A stretch of DNA of 64,000 nt from Bythopirellula sp. (GTDB lineage: Bacteria > Planctomycetota > Planctomycetia > Pirellulales > Lacipirellulaceae), in NCBI GenBank assembly GCA_965216565.1, contig OZ244170.1, forward strand, positions 3,200,001-3,264,000, written 5' to 3'. A program made the translations under genes and the position numbers. The notes under the pieces were generated by a model. The model did no database searches, was not told the origin of the DNA, and saw only the letters and a list, made by a program, of their open reading frames with translations. Below are positions 36,264-46,380 of this stretch, piece after piece. Within the stretch, counting starts at the first letter, position 1. Every line of letters begins with the position of its first letter.

Positions 36264-36274
36264 TCATCCCACAT

Positions 36275-38356
36275 CTACCCCACGTCGCTAATGTCCAACG
36301 CCTTGCCATAGCGAGTAAACATCTGTCGACGGAGTCGCGCATGGTCGGCATGTTTCAGACCTGGATCGGCGGCGATCAATAGCTGCGCTTCGCGACGAGC
36401 TTCTTCCAGTAATTCACGATCGCGATTCAAGTCGGCAATACGTAGCGGCGGGAGACCATGCTGCTGGGTACCAAACAAGTCGCCCGGCCCGCGGAGTTGG
36501 AAGTCGAGTTCTGCGAGTTCGAATCCATCCGTAGAAGAGGCAAAAGCCTCCAAACGTTCGTTTCCTTGGGCGCTTTCCTCATTCAAAAGTACGCCACAAA
36601 AACCTGGATGCTTGCCGCGACCCACCCGGCCGCGAAATTGGTGCAACTGGGCGAGCCCAAATCGCTCTGCACCGGCAACCGTAATGACAGTCGCATTGGG
36701 GACATCAACGCCGACTTCAATTACGGATGTGCTCACCAACACTTGCGTATCTCCTTCGCGGAACAGTTCCATCGCATCTTGCTTTTCAGCTGCCGACATC
36801 CGTCCATGCACTAGCCCGACACGAAACGCTTCGAGCTGGCCATTGGTAAGTTGCTCGAATGCTTCCGCTACACTTGGCGCAGAGATTGTTTCCGATTCAT
36901 CCACTAGAGGGGCAACCACAAAAGCTTGTCGACCCTCGCGGAGTCGGTCGCGTACAAATCCCCACCAACGTTCTTGTTTGTCGGGTTCCACCAGATAGGT
37001 GCTCACTGGCTGCCTGCCTTCGGGCAACTCGCTCAGAGTGGAGACGTCCAAATCGCCAAATAAAGTCATCGTCACTGTGCGCGGAATCGGCGTGGCAGTC
37101 ATTACCAGGTAATGAGGTGAATGATCCGTTTGCCGTAGAGCAGCACGCTGCTTTACGCCAAACTTGTGCTGTTCGTCAATCACCACCAAACCTAAGTCTT
37201 TGAAACGAACGTCTTCTTGAATGATCGCATGCGTTCCTATCACCAAATCGAGATCACCAGTCTCGATGCGTTCCAATAGTGCTTGCCGCTCGCTCTTACT
37301 GGTACCGCCGGCTAGCACGGCAAAGTTTACGCGACTCGCCGTGAGCCAATCGGCCAGAGTCTCAGCATGTTGCCGGGCTAGAATTTCTGTAGGTGCCATA
37401 AGCGCCGCCTGCTTGCCGTGCGCCACTGCCACCAGCATGGCATAAAGGGCTACGACAGTCTTGCCACTACCCACATCGCCCTGCAACAACCGATTCATGG
37501 GTCGATCGAGGGCCATATCAGCCGTCGCCTCGGCAAGAGCGGCTTCCTGGGCTGCGGTCAGATCAAAAGGTAGCAACCGACGGATGCGCGCATCGATTTT
37601 TGTCGTTGTCGGAAGCTCCGGTGCTCGCACCGACTGTTGTTGATCGCGACGCACTGACAATGCGAGTTGCAGGACAAACAGTTCTTGGAAAATAAAACGC
37701 CTGCGGGCCTCGGCTAGGGCTGCTTGGTTTTCAGGTCGGTGAATCGTGCGAATCGCTGCGGCCAACGGCAGCAGATGATATTGATCGAGTAGCTTAGGCG
37801 GAAACACTTCCTCTGGGACGTCTGCAAATTCATCGACAGTCCCACCTACCATGCGACGCATGTGGTATTGCGTAACCCCTTCGGTCAGCGAATACACCGG
37901 CAACATGCCCGTGACGCCATCGCCGGAATCCTCCTGATCCAGATACGTTACCTGAGGGTGCGACATTTCCCACATCATCCCCCGCATTTTGGGTTTGGCT
38001 GTAAATAGCACCGTCTGGCCTTCGTCGAACTTGCCACGCATGAACGGTTGATTGAACCAGGTAGCGCGGAGGTGGCCTGTGCAGTCGTGGATCAGGACTG
38101 CCACTCGACTTTTGCCAAACCCTCGGGAAGTGGACTCAATTTCCGTTACGATGCCACGCACGGTTTGCAACTCACCCTCGTCAAGCTCGGCAATCGAGCA
38201 CTCGTTGGTCAAATCGAGATAGTCGCGCGGAAAGTGAAACAACAGATCGGCAGCAGAGCGAATTCCCATCTTCGTGAGAAGTTCTGCCTTCCCACGATCC
38301 ACGGCACGAATCTCGTCCACGGGAGTATTCAGCAGAATTTTCGCGTCGGTGGCCAT
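36275..38356 (-). CDS. recG: ATP-dependent DNA helicase RecG
   Basis: Wedge 'WFNQPF', 'RLLQGDVGSGKT', 'MAPTEILA', 'IDEQHKFGV', 'MTATPIPRT', 'AERFGLAQLHQFRGRVGRG', 'DGFELAE.D..LRGPG'. Confidence 0.97.
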   Translation of the reverse strand: MATDAKILLNTPVDEIRAVDRGKAELLTKMGIRSAADLLFHFPRDYLDLTNECSIAELDEGELQTVRGIVTEIESTSRGFGKSRVAVLIHDCTGHLRATWFNQPFMRGKFDEGQTVLFTAKPKMRGMMWEMSHPQVTYLDQEDSGDGVTGMLPVYSLTEGVTQYHMRRMVGGTVDEFADVPEEVFPPKLLDQYHLLPLAAAIRTIHRPENQAALAEARRRFIFQELFVLQLALSVRRDQQQSVRAPELPTTTKIDARIRRLLPFDLTAAQEAALAEATADMALDRPMNRLLQGDVGSGKTVVALYAMLVAVAHGKQAALMAPTEILARQHAETLADWLTASRVNFAVLAGGTSKSERQALLERIETGDLDLVIGTHAIIQEDVRFKDLGLVVIDEQHKFGVKQRAALRQTDHSPHYLVMTATPIPRTVTMTLFGDLDVSTLSELPEGRQPVSTYLVEPDKQERWWGFVRDRLREGRQAFVVAPLVDESETISAPSVAEAFEQLTNGQLEAFRVGLVHGRMSAAEKQDAMELFREGDTQVLVSTSVIEVGVDVPNATVITVAGAERFGLAQLHQFRGRVGRGKHPGFCGVLLNEESAQGNERLEAFASSTDGFELAELDFQLRGPGDLFGTQQHGLPPLRIADLNRDRELLEEARREAQLLIAADPGLKHADHARLRRQMFTRYGKALDISDVG

Positions 38357-38398
38357 GGCCGTATTCTACTGGCAACACGCAAGCGAGAGAATCGGTCG

Positions 38399-38857
38399 CT
38401 ACAGAAACTGCTGATACGCAGCGACAGCTAGTTCGTCGACGCGATCGTTCTCCGCATGGCCGCTATGACCGGCGACTCGGGTATAGAGTACTTGGTGCGT
38501 AGCCAGCAATTCGTCAAGCCGGCGCCATAGATCTTCGTTCTTTACAGGCACCATGCGTTTGCCATCCTTGCGTTTCCAGCCGTTGGCCTTCCACTTACTC
38601 ATCCACTCGCTCATCCCTTTGCCGACATACACGCTATCGGTAAAGAGTTCCACATGCGACGATTTTTTGAGCGCCGCCAATCCTTCAATCACGGCAGTTA
38701 GTTCCATGCGGTTGTTTGTGGTATCGCGTTCGCCACCTGATTGCTCGACCTCTTTACCCGAGGCCGGGTGCCGCAACAAGAAAGCCCAACCACCAGGCCC
38801 AGGATTGCCGCTACAGCCACCATCGGTATACAAGTGCACTTCGGGAAGTTGTTCCAT
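38399..38857 (-). CDS. rnhA: Ribonuclease HI
   Basis: '[15 protein letters not shown]', 'TTNNRMEL', 'TDSVY', 'KNEDLW', '[15 protein letters not shown]'. Confidence 0.97.
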   Translation of the reverse strand: MEQLPEVHLYTDGGCSGNPGPGGWAFLLRHPASGKEVEQSGGERDTTNNRMELTAVIEGLAALKKSSHVELFTDSVYVGKGMSEWMSKWKANGWKRKDGKRMVPVKNEDLWRRLDELLATHQVLYTRVAGHSGHAENDRVDELAVAAYQQFL

Positions 38858-38882
38858 AAATCTCTCTATTCATCCGTGTTGA

Positions 38883-40646
38883 TTAATCATCGGTGTTGGC
38901 GGCAATCGAGGGCATTTCCGGTCGATGCTTGGCGAGTTGGTCAAGCTCATCGGCTAAAGGTGATTCAATTTTCGGTTGCTCGGTCAATGCCCAGGGCAGG
39001 AGCACTGTGAATTCACTACCTTTGCCTAATTCGCTTTCTAGCGTAATATCGCCACCCAACAGACGACACAATTCGCGAACTATCGAAAGCCCTAGGCCTG
39101 TGCCAGAATACTCTCGCGTCATGGCATTGCCGCCAGCCAGAACGGTAGTGCCCTGTCGAAATTTTTCGAACACCAGCACCTGCTCCGATTCGTTGATACC
39201 CACTCCGGTGTCAGCCACGCTAAGTCGCAAATCTCCCCGGCGATCGCGGTGCGCTTTCACACTAATGCGGCCACCTTCGGGGGTGAATTTAATCGCATTG
39301 GAAAGCAGATTATTAAGGATCTGTTCAATTTTTCCTTTATCCTGAGTCATGATCGGCAAACCGGGTGTTGACTCGCAAACCAGGTCGAGGTTCTTTTTCT
39401 CGCTTAGCGGCCGCGCCATATCGCATTGCGCTGAGACAACGCTACCAATGTGAAAATCGCTAAGCTTGAGGTCCATTTTGCCACTTTCGATTTTTGCTAA
39501 ATCGAGAATGTCGTTGATCATCTCCAGTAGCTGACGACCCGAACGTTGGATGTTACCGGCATAACGCTTTTGGGTATCCTCCATTTTGTCAGCCGAACTC
39601 AAGAGATCGCTAAATCCGATAATGCTATTGAGCGGTGTCCGTAGTTCATGGCTAACTGTGGCTAGGAAATCGCTTTTGAGCTGATTCATTTCGAATAGCC
39701 GCATATTGGCCTGGGCCATCTCGTCGATCTTTTCGTCTAGTTCTCCGTTCACTTCGCGGAGTTCGTCTTGCTGGCGGAGCAATTGCCGCAACATGCGATT
39801 GAACGCCGCACCCAAGTCTTCAAACTCGTCCCCAGTTTTGAGCGCAGCTCGCTGCTCGACATCGCCCCGTCGAACCAGATCGCTGACGTCCCGTAGGTGA
39901 CGGAGCGGCTTGACGATGATGTACCGTACGACCATATAGAGCACTAGCATCGCTAGAAAGACCGTTGCGATAGCCGCCACTAAGAGCCATGCGGTATTCT
40001 CCGCCTTAGCTTCTTGAATCTCCTGGGCGTCGAACTCCACACGCATCACCGCCATTAAATCACCCGGCTTAAGATTCGGCTTCGCCACAGGGGCTGGAAC
40101 CGAACTATGGCAGAAAATGCAAATTTCGGCAGCAAATACGGGTTCGTAGTATTGATAAACCAATCGCTCTTCGTCGTTGAGCGTATCGTCGTCTCTCATG
40201 CTTGGCTTTTTGATCTCACGCTGATCCCACTGCGGATCGATTTCTTCAATCAGCTCGCGGCTTTTCAACTCTTCTCCCATGGCGACCCAACGGTCCATCA
40301 ACTCCCACTCATAAATATCGGTCGGCTTTCCGATGTCCTGCTCATTCTTTGGATGAAGAGCTTCCCAGGTGTATTGCTTGCGGCGCAGGTTGGCGGCAAT
40401 GATTTCGTCGACCCGCTGAATGGCTGCCGACTCTTCCTGCTTCTTGAGATGCGCCTCAATCAATGCAGCATTGGCCAGTGCTTCACCAATAAATCGGTTG
40501 CGTTCGTAAACAATTTGATCAGTCTTCCAGCCATAGAACCAAAAACTGCCCATGATCAACGGCAGCAAACAAGCTCCGAACAACCAACGGCATTTACGCT
40601 CTAGGTTGGTTTCGCCGAGCGCTCGTTTGATGCCTCGATAGCTCAT
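38883..40646 (-). CDS. Membrane sensor histidine kinase with CxxCH-containing periplasmic domain and HAMP
   Basis: Two TMs; 'CIFCH' in the extracytoplasmic part; HAMP 'KPLRHL...GDEFEDLG.AFNRM'; H-box 'FLATVSHELRTPL'; 'NLLSNAIKFT', 'DTGVGI', 'GTGLGL'. Confidence 0.93.
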   Translation of the reverse strand: MSYRGIKRALGETNLERKCRWLFGACLLPLIMGSFWFYGWKTDQIVYERNRFIGEALANAALIEAHLKKQEESAAIQRVDEIIAANLRRKQYTWEALHPKNEQDIGKPTDIYEWELMDRWVAMGEELKSRELIEEIDPQWDQREIKKPSMRDDDTLNDEERLVYQYYEPVFAAEICIFCHSSVPAPVAKPNLKPGDLMAVMRVEFDAQEIQEAKAENTAWLLVAAIATVFLAMLVLYMVVRYIIVKPLRHLRDVSDLVRRGDVEQRAALKTGDEFEDLGAAFNRMLRQLLRQQDELREVNGELDEKIDEMAQANMRLFEMNQLKSDFLATVSHELRTPLNSIIGFSDLLSSADKMEDTQKRYAGNIQRSGRQLLEMINDILDLAKIESGKMDLKLSDFHIGSVVSAQCDMARPLSEKKNLDLVCESTPGLPIMTQDKGKIEQILNNLLSNAIKFTPEGGRISVKAHRDRRGDLRLSVADTGVGINESEQVLVFEKFRQGTTVLAGGNAMTREYSGTGLGLSIVRELCRLLGGDITLESELGKGSEFTVLLPWALTEQPKIESPLADELDQLAKHRPEMPSIAANTDD

Positions 40647-40793
40647 TTCGGGAGGGGCGGGGGTGAGGATATAGGGGGCAGAGAGTCGAAGTACTACACC
40701 TATTCTAGGGCAGCGCCGTAAGAAGGTCCAAGACCACGAGAGAACCTAGCCTATGCGTCTCGGGCCTCTCGCTCTTCACCCTATACTCTCCGC

Positions 40794-43091
40794 TCATAGC
40801 ATATCCCAGGGATCCACGTCCACGGAACAATGAAAATCTTTGGGAAGTTTGAGACCTAATGTGGCCGCAGCAGCTATCTGCCGAAGCGGTTCGCTGGCGA
40901 TTGCTTGCAGTTGGATTTGAAAGCGAAAGTTCCCTCGCAATTTGGGAATCGCTGCTGGAGCCGCACCCAAGACTCGCACGCCTTCAGTCTCCTGAGCCAA
41001 CGCTTTAAGCCGATTTGCCAAGCCGTCGGCCAGATCGCTAGTCTGCTCTTCCTGGGGACCCCGCATGACAATTCTGACCATCGCCCCACATGGTGGATAC
41101 TGATGCGTGACGCGACTTTTAAGTTCCCCCTCGGCAAACCTGAGATAGTCGTGACGGACGGCCGCAATAATTGCGGCATGGTCTGGGTTCAGGGTCTGCA
41201 CAAGCACCCGGCCCCCCTTGGCTCCACGTCCCGTGCGGCCAGCCACCTGGGCCACAAGCTGAAAGGTCCTTTCCCCCGCTCGAAAATCCGGTAAGTGCAA
41301 CGCCGTATCGGCATTGATCACGCCTACCAACGTGACGTTCGGAAAGTCCAGTCCCTTGGCAATCATCTGAGTGCCTAGCAGTATATCAATCTCGCCAGCG
41401 CGGAATTTCCCGAGCACCTGTTCGTGGCTACCTGCGGTCCGCATGCTGTCGGTATCCATGCGAGCACACACCGACTTGGGAAATCGAGCGCGAACCTCGT
41501 CCTCCAACTTTTGCGTTCCCAATCCGCCATAACGAATTGCGTGGGACTTGCAGTCGGGACAATCTGTTGGCGGCAATTCTTCATAATCACAATAGTGGCA
41601 CAACGCTTTATTCTTTTGCCGATGGAACGTCAATGAAATATCACACGCGGGACAGTTCAATACAAAACCACACGCAGGGCATTGAATATGCGTAGAGAAG
41701 CCACGTCGGTTTAGCAACAGTATCACCTGGCCCTCTTCCCTTAGTGCCGCCACCATAGCCTGATGCAACGGACGAGAAATTCCGCCCCGCCCTCCCCGGC
41801 TCTGACCAGGATCGCGCAAATCGATTGTCGCCACATCGGGCAGCGGTCGATCAAGCACACGCTTCGGCAACGACATCCGTGTGAACTCACCATCAATCGT
41901 GCGCTGCCAGGCTTCCAGAGAAGGTGTCGCGCTTCCCAACACCAGTGGAATCCGCTCGGCCAAGGCCCGCTGCCAGGCGACATCTCGTGCATGATAGCGC
42001 GGAGCTGAGTCTTGCTTGAATGACGATTCATGTTCCTCATCGATCACGATCAAACCCAGATGTGGAGTGGGCGAAAACACAGCACTTCTTGCACCAATCA
42101 CCACCTGTACTTCGCCGCGAGCAATCCGCTGCCAGTGGCGATGCCGCTCGACGTCCGACTGATGGCTATGCAGCACGGCCACGGAATCAAACCGTTCTCG
42201 AAATCGCCTCACTGTCTGCGGAGTCAGACTTATCTCCGGCACGAGTACAATTGCCTGGCGGCCAAAGCTTACCACTTTCTCGATGGCTTGCAGATATACT
42301 TCGGTCTTGCCGCTCCCAGTTACTCCGTGCAATACCATGCCACGCGGTTCTGCCTGCTCCAGGGCTTCCAGTATTTGATCGAGGGACCGTTGCTGATCGG
42401 GGTTGAGCTCAAGAGGCGGCTGCCGGTCCACCACTAAATCGTCCAAGGCGCCACTGTCGATGCGCTTCACGAAACTCTCAATCAGCCCCTTTTTGAGTAG
42501 TTGCTTAATGGGTCCAACCGTACATCCGGCAAGCTCCGCAAGTTGATTCTGCGTCAGCGGACGATGACTGGATGCAAGGGTTTCGAGCGCTTTACGCTGT
42601 TGCTTGGACGAGAGCTTTTGCTGCGAAAGATTCTCCGCAACGTCGGGGGGAACTTGCAGCAAGGTGACCTGTCGTGTTCCAGCGAGCTTTCGCACTCCGG
42701 CAGGGACTACCGCCTGCAAGACTTGCCCCCAAGGACACAGGTAATAGTCGGCCATCCAGCGTGTGAGTTGCAGCATTGCCGACGACAGCAGCGAGCTGCC
42801 ATCGATTACAGCCGCAACTTCTTTCAATCGCCCTGGTTCAACGCCCTTCGTTTCCAATTCTACGCAATAGGCAACGACGGTGCGATTTGATCGACCAAAC
42901 GGAACCTTCAACCGCCGCCCCACTTCCACCAGCCGATCAGAAAGCGACTCATCGGAGAATTGCCCCGGCACCAAATAGTCGTATTCGCCCGGTGCTCCTT
43001 CGCCCAAAACCACGGTAGCCACTAGCCGCTGCTCGCGCGCAGCCACCTCCCAGGCTTCAGGCTCGGTGTCGAATAGTTGGCGTTGGGACAT
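40794..43091 (-). CDS. priA: Primosomal protein N' (replication restart helicase)
   Basis: 'GVTGSGKTEVY', 'LVPEISLTPQ', 'IDEEHESSFKQ', four CxxC pairs, 'GTQMIAKGLDFP', 'QVAGRTGR'. Confidence 0.97.
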   Translation of the reverse strand: MSQRQLFDTEPEAWEVAAREQRLVATVVLGEGAPGEYDYLVPGQFSDESLSDRLVEVGRRLKVPFGRSNRTVVAYCVELETKGVEPGRLKEVAAVIDGSSLLSSAMLQLTRWMADYYLCPWGQVLQAVVPAGVRKLAGTRQVTLLQVPPDVAENLSQQKLSSKQQRKALETLASSHRPLTQNQLAELAGCTVGPIKQLLKKGLIESFVKRIDSGALDDLVVDRQPPLELNPDQQRSLDQILEALEQAEPRGMVLHGVTGSGKTEVYLQAIEKVVSFGRQAIVLVPEISLTPQTVRRFRERFDSVAVLHSHQSDVERHRHWQRIARGEVQVVIGARSAVFSPTPHLGLIVIDEEHESSFKQDSAPRYHARDVAWQRALAERIPLVLGSATPSLEAWQRTIDGEFTRMSLPKRVLDRPLPDVATIDLRDPGQSRGGRGGISRPLHQAMVAALREEGQVILLLNRRGFSTHIQCPACGFVLNCPACDISLTFHRQKNKALCHYCDYEELPPTDCPDCKSHAIRYGGLGTQKLEDEVRARFPKSVCARMDTDSMRTAGSHEQVLGKFRAGEIDILLGTQMIAKGLDFPNVTLVGVINADTALHLPDFRAGERTFQLVAQVAGRTGRGAKGGRVLVQTLNPDHAAIIAAVRHDYLRFAEGELKSRVTHQYPPCGAMVRIVMRGPQEEQTSDLADGLANRLKALAQETEGVRVLGAAPAAIPKLRGNFRFQIQLQAIASEPLRQIAAAATLGLKLPKDFHCSVDVDPWDML

Positions 43092-43241
43092 GATTTAGAG
43101 TCGGGGGATAGAGGTCAGGGAACGCAGTATATCCGACTGAGTAGTCAGGTCTATTCCGCAGAGGTAATATGAGAAGACCAGAGTGAGGCGATTGTTAAAT
43201 TGCCTTGCTGAACCCCGGCCCCCAAACCTCTGGCCCACCCT

Positions 43242-43853
43242 ATGCGACTTGGCATATTTGGCGGAAGCTTCGATCCCATCCACAATGGCCATCTGGCCCT
43301 GGCGGATTGCTGCGCCGAACAAGCCCGTTTAGACAAACTCTGGTTTGTCCCGACCGCCCATCAGCCACTAAAACCAACTGGCCCGCGAGCCGCTGACGAA
43401 GACCGTTTGGCCATGCTCCAACTAGCGCTCTCGGGTAGCAGTCGCTACAGCATTTCGCAAATCGAAATTCAACGAGGCGGCGTCAGCTACACTTCGATTA
43501 CTCTCGCCGCAATCAAGAAGGAGCAACCCGGAGCCGAGCTTTTTTTCTTGATGGGAGCGGATTCCCTGGCCGATTTTCCACTGTGGCACGAGCCAGCGAG
43601 AATCTGCGAATTGGCAACGCCGTTGGTCGTTCGACGTGCTGAACTCACTGAGCCTGACTTCGCTGTGCTCGAAAGTATCGTTTCGTCCGAACGCTTGGCT
43701 GAGATTCGCAGTGCTCAGGTTGAGATGCCTGCTGTTGCGATCAGTAGCTCGGAAATCCGTAGCCTGATTGCCAGCCGAGGTGACTGGCAAGAAATGGTGC
43801 CTCCTGACGTGGCTGATTATATCAACCAGAAGCGGATCTATACTTCGCACTAA
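43242..43853 (+). CDS. nadD: Nicotinate-nucleotide adenylyltransferase
   Basis: 'GIFGGSFDPIHNGH', 'SYT', 'LMGADSL', 'W', 'ISSSEIR'. Confidence 0.96.
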   Translation: MRLGIFGGSFDPIHNGHLALADCCAEQARLDKLWFVPTAHQPLKPTGPRAADEDRLAMLQLALSGSSRYSISQIEIQRGGVSYTSITLAAIKKEQPGAELFFLMGADSLADFPLWHEPARICELATPLVVRRAELTEPDFAVLESIVSSERLAEIRSAQVEMPAVAISSSEIRSLIASRGDWQEMVPPDVADYINQKRIYTSH

Positions 43854-44014
43854 TAATGCTCAAGCTGGCTTTCGTAGTGCGCCTTCTTTTCGAGTCGCGT
43901 CGTTCCACCGCCGGAGTAGTTGTCACCAAAGAGATTAAAAACTGCATCCGACATTGAGCATCCCGAACAGCTCACAGCCAGTGCGAACAAGACTAACAGT
44001 CTGGCGGTTCCCAT
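43850..44014 (-). CDS. Small (54-aa) putative lipoprotein, absent from the ORF track
   Basis: Hand translation MGTARLLVLFALAVSCSGCSMSDAVFNLFGDNYSGGGTTRLEKKAHYESQLEHY*. Hydrophobic signal with lipobox-like S-G-C; AAGGA upstream. Confidence 0.65.
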   Translation of the reverse strand: MGTARLLVLFALAVSCSGCSMSDAVFNLFGDNYSGGGTTRLEKKAHYESQLEHY

Positions 44015-44059
44015 CTCTAATATCCTTTGGTAATCGTCATCCGTTCTGATACGATGCGA

Positions 44060-44323
44060 TTATGCCGCTTTCTGATGTGGGTGAACCCGGTCTGCCAGGG
44101 CTGGGTGTAGCTTGAGCGAGCCAATGTCCGGAGCATCTTTGAGCGCATCGACCACATCCGCCAACTGTTCGCGGTAGGACTGTGTCATGTCGATCATCAG
44201 ACAGCGTTTGCCCCGAATCAAGCAATGCCCTCCGCCCGCACCTTCTAGGGCATCTTCCCGGACTTCGTAACCAAGCTTCTTAGCCGCATCGAGTGCTTGA
44301 GCTAGTAATTGTGCAGTATGCAT
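44060..44323 (-). CDS. Hypothetical protein
   Basis: MHTAQLLAQALDAAKKLGYEVREDALEGAGGGHCLIRGK...; protein-like composition, purine-rich upstream of ATG 44323. Confidence 0.65.
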   Translation of the reverse strand: MHTAQLLAQALDAAKKLGYEVREDALEGAGGGHCLIRGKRCLMIDMTQSYREQLADVVDALKDAPDIGSLKLHPALADRVHPHQKAA

Positions 44324-44636
44324 GGGTGCTTTCCCTATTCGTTTTTTACTTCTACTAGCCTGAGATATGAGTATTCGACACTGCAATCAGGCCTTAGCGC
44401 AGGGCGCTAACAAAAAAAGCGGGCGGATTATAGGGTTCCAAGTTAGAGTCGCCCAGGTGAATCCGTCGATAGAGATAAATAACGGGTTGCATGCTAGGGA
44501 TTGCGCATGCGCTTTAGCGAAAATCGGGCAGCTAGTCCGACAGGGCAAACTAAGGCGACCGACTTCAACAAAAAGTGATAGCACTTCACTACCCGCGACG
44601 CAACGCGTCGCAAAGCTCGACTGAAGGGATTTGGCG

Positions 44637-45473
44637 ATGGAAGGCGGAGAACTCTCCCTCGAACAGCAGGTTGAACTGCTCCAGCAACAACTTGTCGAGG
44701 CGCAGCGACTGGCCGCGTTAGGCGAATTGGTGGGCACCACCACCCACGAGTTCAACAATATGCTGATGATGATTCTCAACTACGCCAAGCTCGGTCTTCG
44801 CAACAAGGATAATGAGAGTCGCGACAAAGCCCTGCAAAAAATCCTATCCGCGGCAGAGCGGGCTGAGAAAATCACCAACAGCGTGTTAGGGATGGCTCGC
44901 AATCGCAAGCAAGAGTTTGCCCCCACCGATCTGCCGACCATCATCAATGAATCGCTCGTGCTTCTGGAGCGAGAAATGATGAAATACAAAGTGGCAGTAC
45001 GATGCGAGTTTGCCGAAGTCCCCGAGGTACGGGCCATCGGGAATCAAATTCAACAAGTACTGCTCAACTTGATGACCAACTCTCGACAAGCCATGCCCGA
45101 CGGAGGCGAGATTGTGGTTCGCCTCGCGCATGATCCCAACGAGAACCTGGTGGACTTGACGATACGCGACAGTGGCAGCGGGATTCCACGCGAAAAACTG
45201 CCGCGTATTTTTGATCGATTCTACAGCACGAAGAGTGGCCCCGACGAAAGTGGCAAAGGCGGCACAGGCGTTGGGCTCTCCACTTGCAAAGATATTGTCG
45301 ACGCCCACCGTGGACGTTTGCGGGTCGAAAGCACAGTGGGCAAAGGCACCGCCTTTACAATTCGGTTGCCCGTCTATCAGGAACAGGCTTCGCAGCCTTC
45401 ACAAGTTACGCCAACCCAATTAGGCGTTCCGAGTCTCGGTACCCACACGCGCGGCGAATCCCTGCCCAGCTGA
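44637..45473 (+). CDS. Soluble histidine kinase (HisKA + HATPase, no sensor domain)
   Basis: 'AQRLAALGELVGTTTHEFNN', 'QVLLNLMTNSRQAM', 'DSGSGI', 'IFDRFYSTK', 'GTGVGL'. Confidence 0.9.
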   Translation: MEGGELSLEQQVELLQQQLVEAQRLAALGELVGTTTHEFNNMLMMILNYAKLGLRNKDNESRDKALQKILSAAERAEKITNSVLGMARNRKQEFAPTDLPTIINESLVLLEREMMKYKVAVRCEFAEVPEVRAIGNQIQQVLLNLMTNSRQAMPDGGEIVVRLAHDPNENLVDLTIRDSGSGIPREKLPRIFDRFYSTKSGPDESGKGGTGVGLSTCKDIVDAHRGRLRVESTVGKGTAFTIRLPVYQEQASQPSQVTPTQLGVPSLGTHTRGESLPS

Positions 45474-45491
45474 TCGCTTGATCCAAGCGAA

Positions 45492-46304
45492 TTATCTTAG
45501 AATGACGCCATTTGCGGCACCGCCCGTCAAACGCGCCTGGATCTCACTCAGCATTGCCTGTTCGCATGCTTGATCTCGGCCCAAGGGAATCCAGTATTCT
45601 GAGAGCTTCGTCCGGCTGACTCGTTCGGTCACGCTACTAGTAAGTGAATTGTCGTTGCGGAAGATGGCCGTACCCGCTGTTGAGTTTTCTGGATGCGGTA
45701 AATCTTCCAGCTCTTTGTACACAGTCAGATCGATCAAGTAGCCGCTTTGCTCGGGAATCACCCGCACCAAACCGCGACGACGAATCGTTTGGAATGTGCT
45801 CTCCCATCGGTTGTAGCGTCCGACGGAATCTGGCCGATGGATTTCTGGAAGCGTTGCGCCAATTTGCGGAAATGTGTCGATCCGTCCCTCAGTAATAACA
45901 TTACCCACGGTCTGTACGCGACTCTCTCGTTCGATGCGAAAATAGTCGTCTACGACATCAACTATTTGCTCCCAAGTCCAATCTTGGTTGCTCACAGGCA
46001 CGAAAATGGGGTTAGCCACAGCGACTTGCGCAGGCGTGGTCACCTGAGGCGGCAGGATCATGGCGTTCCCCGAAACCGGTGGAGATACCGGCAAGACACC
46101 TTGAGAGTTTTGGGGAGGCGCGAAAAGTGGAGGTTGGCCCGAAGGAGCCACAAAAGTTGGTTGTTGCCCAAGCATCACCGCTTGCTGGTTTGCGATAGGC
46201 GCCGTCTGAATTGGCTGGCAACCTAGGGCAGTCACCAAACCAATCGGGAACCAACAAATTTTCCAGAGCTGCATGCGCACCTTGAGCCTCGCAGATTTCG
46301 CCAA
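45492..46304 (-). CDS. Hypothetical lipoprotein
   Basis: Signal ending 'VTALGC', Pro/Gln-rich linker, globular part 'WEQIVDVVDDYF.I.RE...STFQTIRR...VYKELEDL'. Confidence 0.7.
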   Translation of the reverse strand: MAKSARLKVRMQLWKICWFPIGLVTALGCQPIQTAPIANQQAVMLGQQPTFVAPSGQPPLFAPPQNSQGVLPVSPPVSGNAMILPPQVTTPAQVAVANPIFVPVSNQDWTWEQIVDVVDDYFRIERESRVQTVGNVITEGRIDTFPQIGATLPEIHRPDSVGRYNRWESTFQTIRRRGLVRVIPEQSGYLIDLTVYKELEDLPHPENSTAGTAIFRNDNSLTSSVTERVSRTKLSEYWIPLGRDQACEQAMLSEIQARLTGGAANGVILR

Positions 46305-46380
46305 TCAAGCGGCGAATCGTCGCGGAACAAGTGGCAGGCAACAAGGGCAATTCACGCCTGCTAGCATTGGCCCCGTTTGC

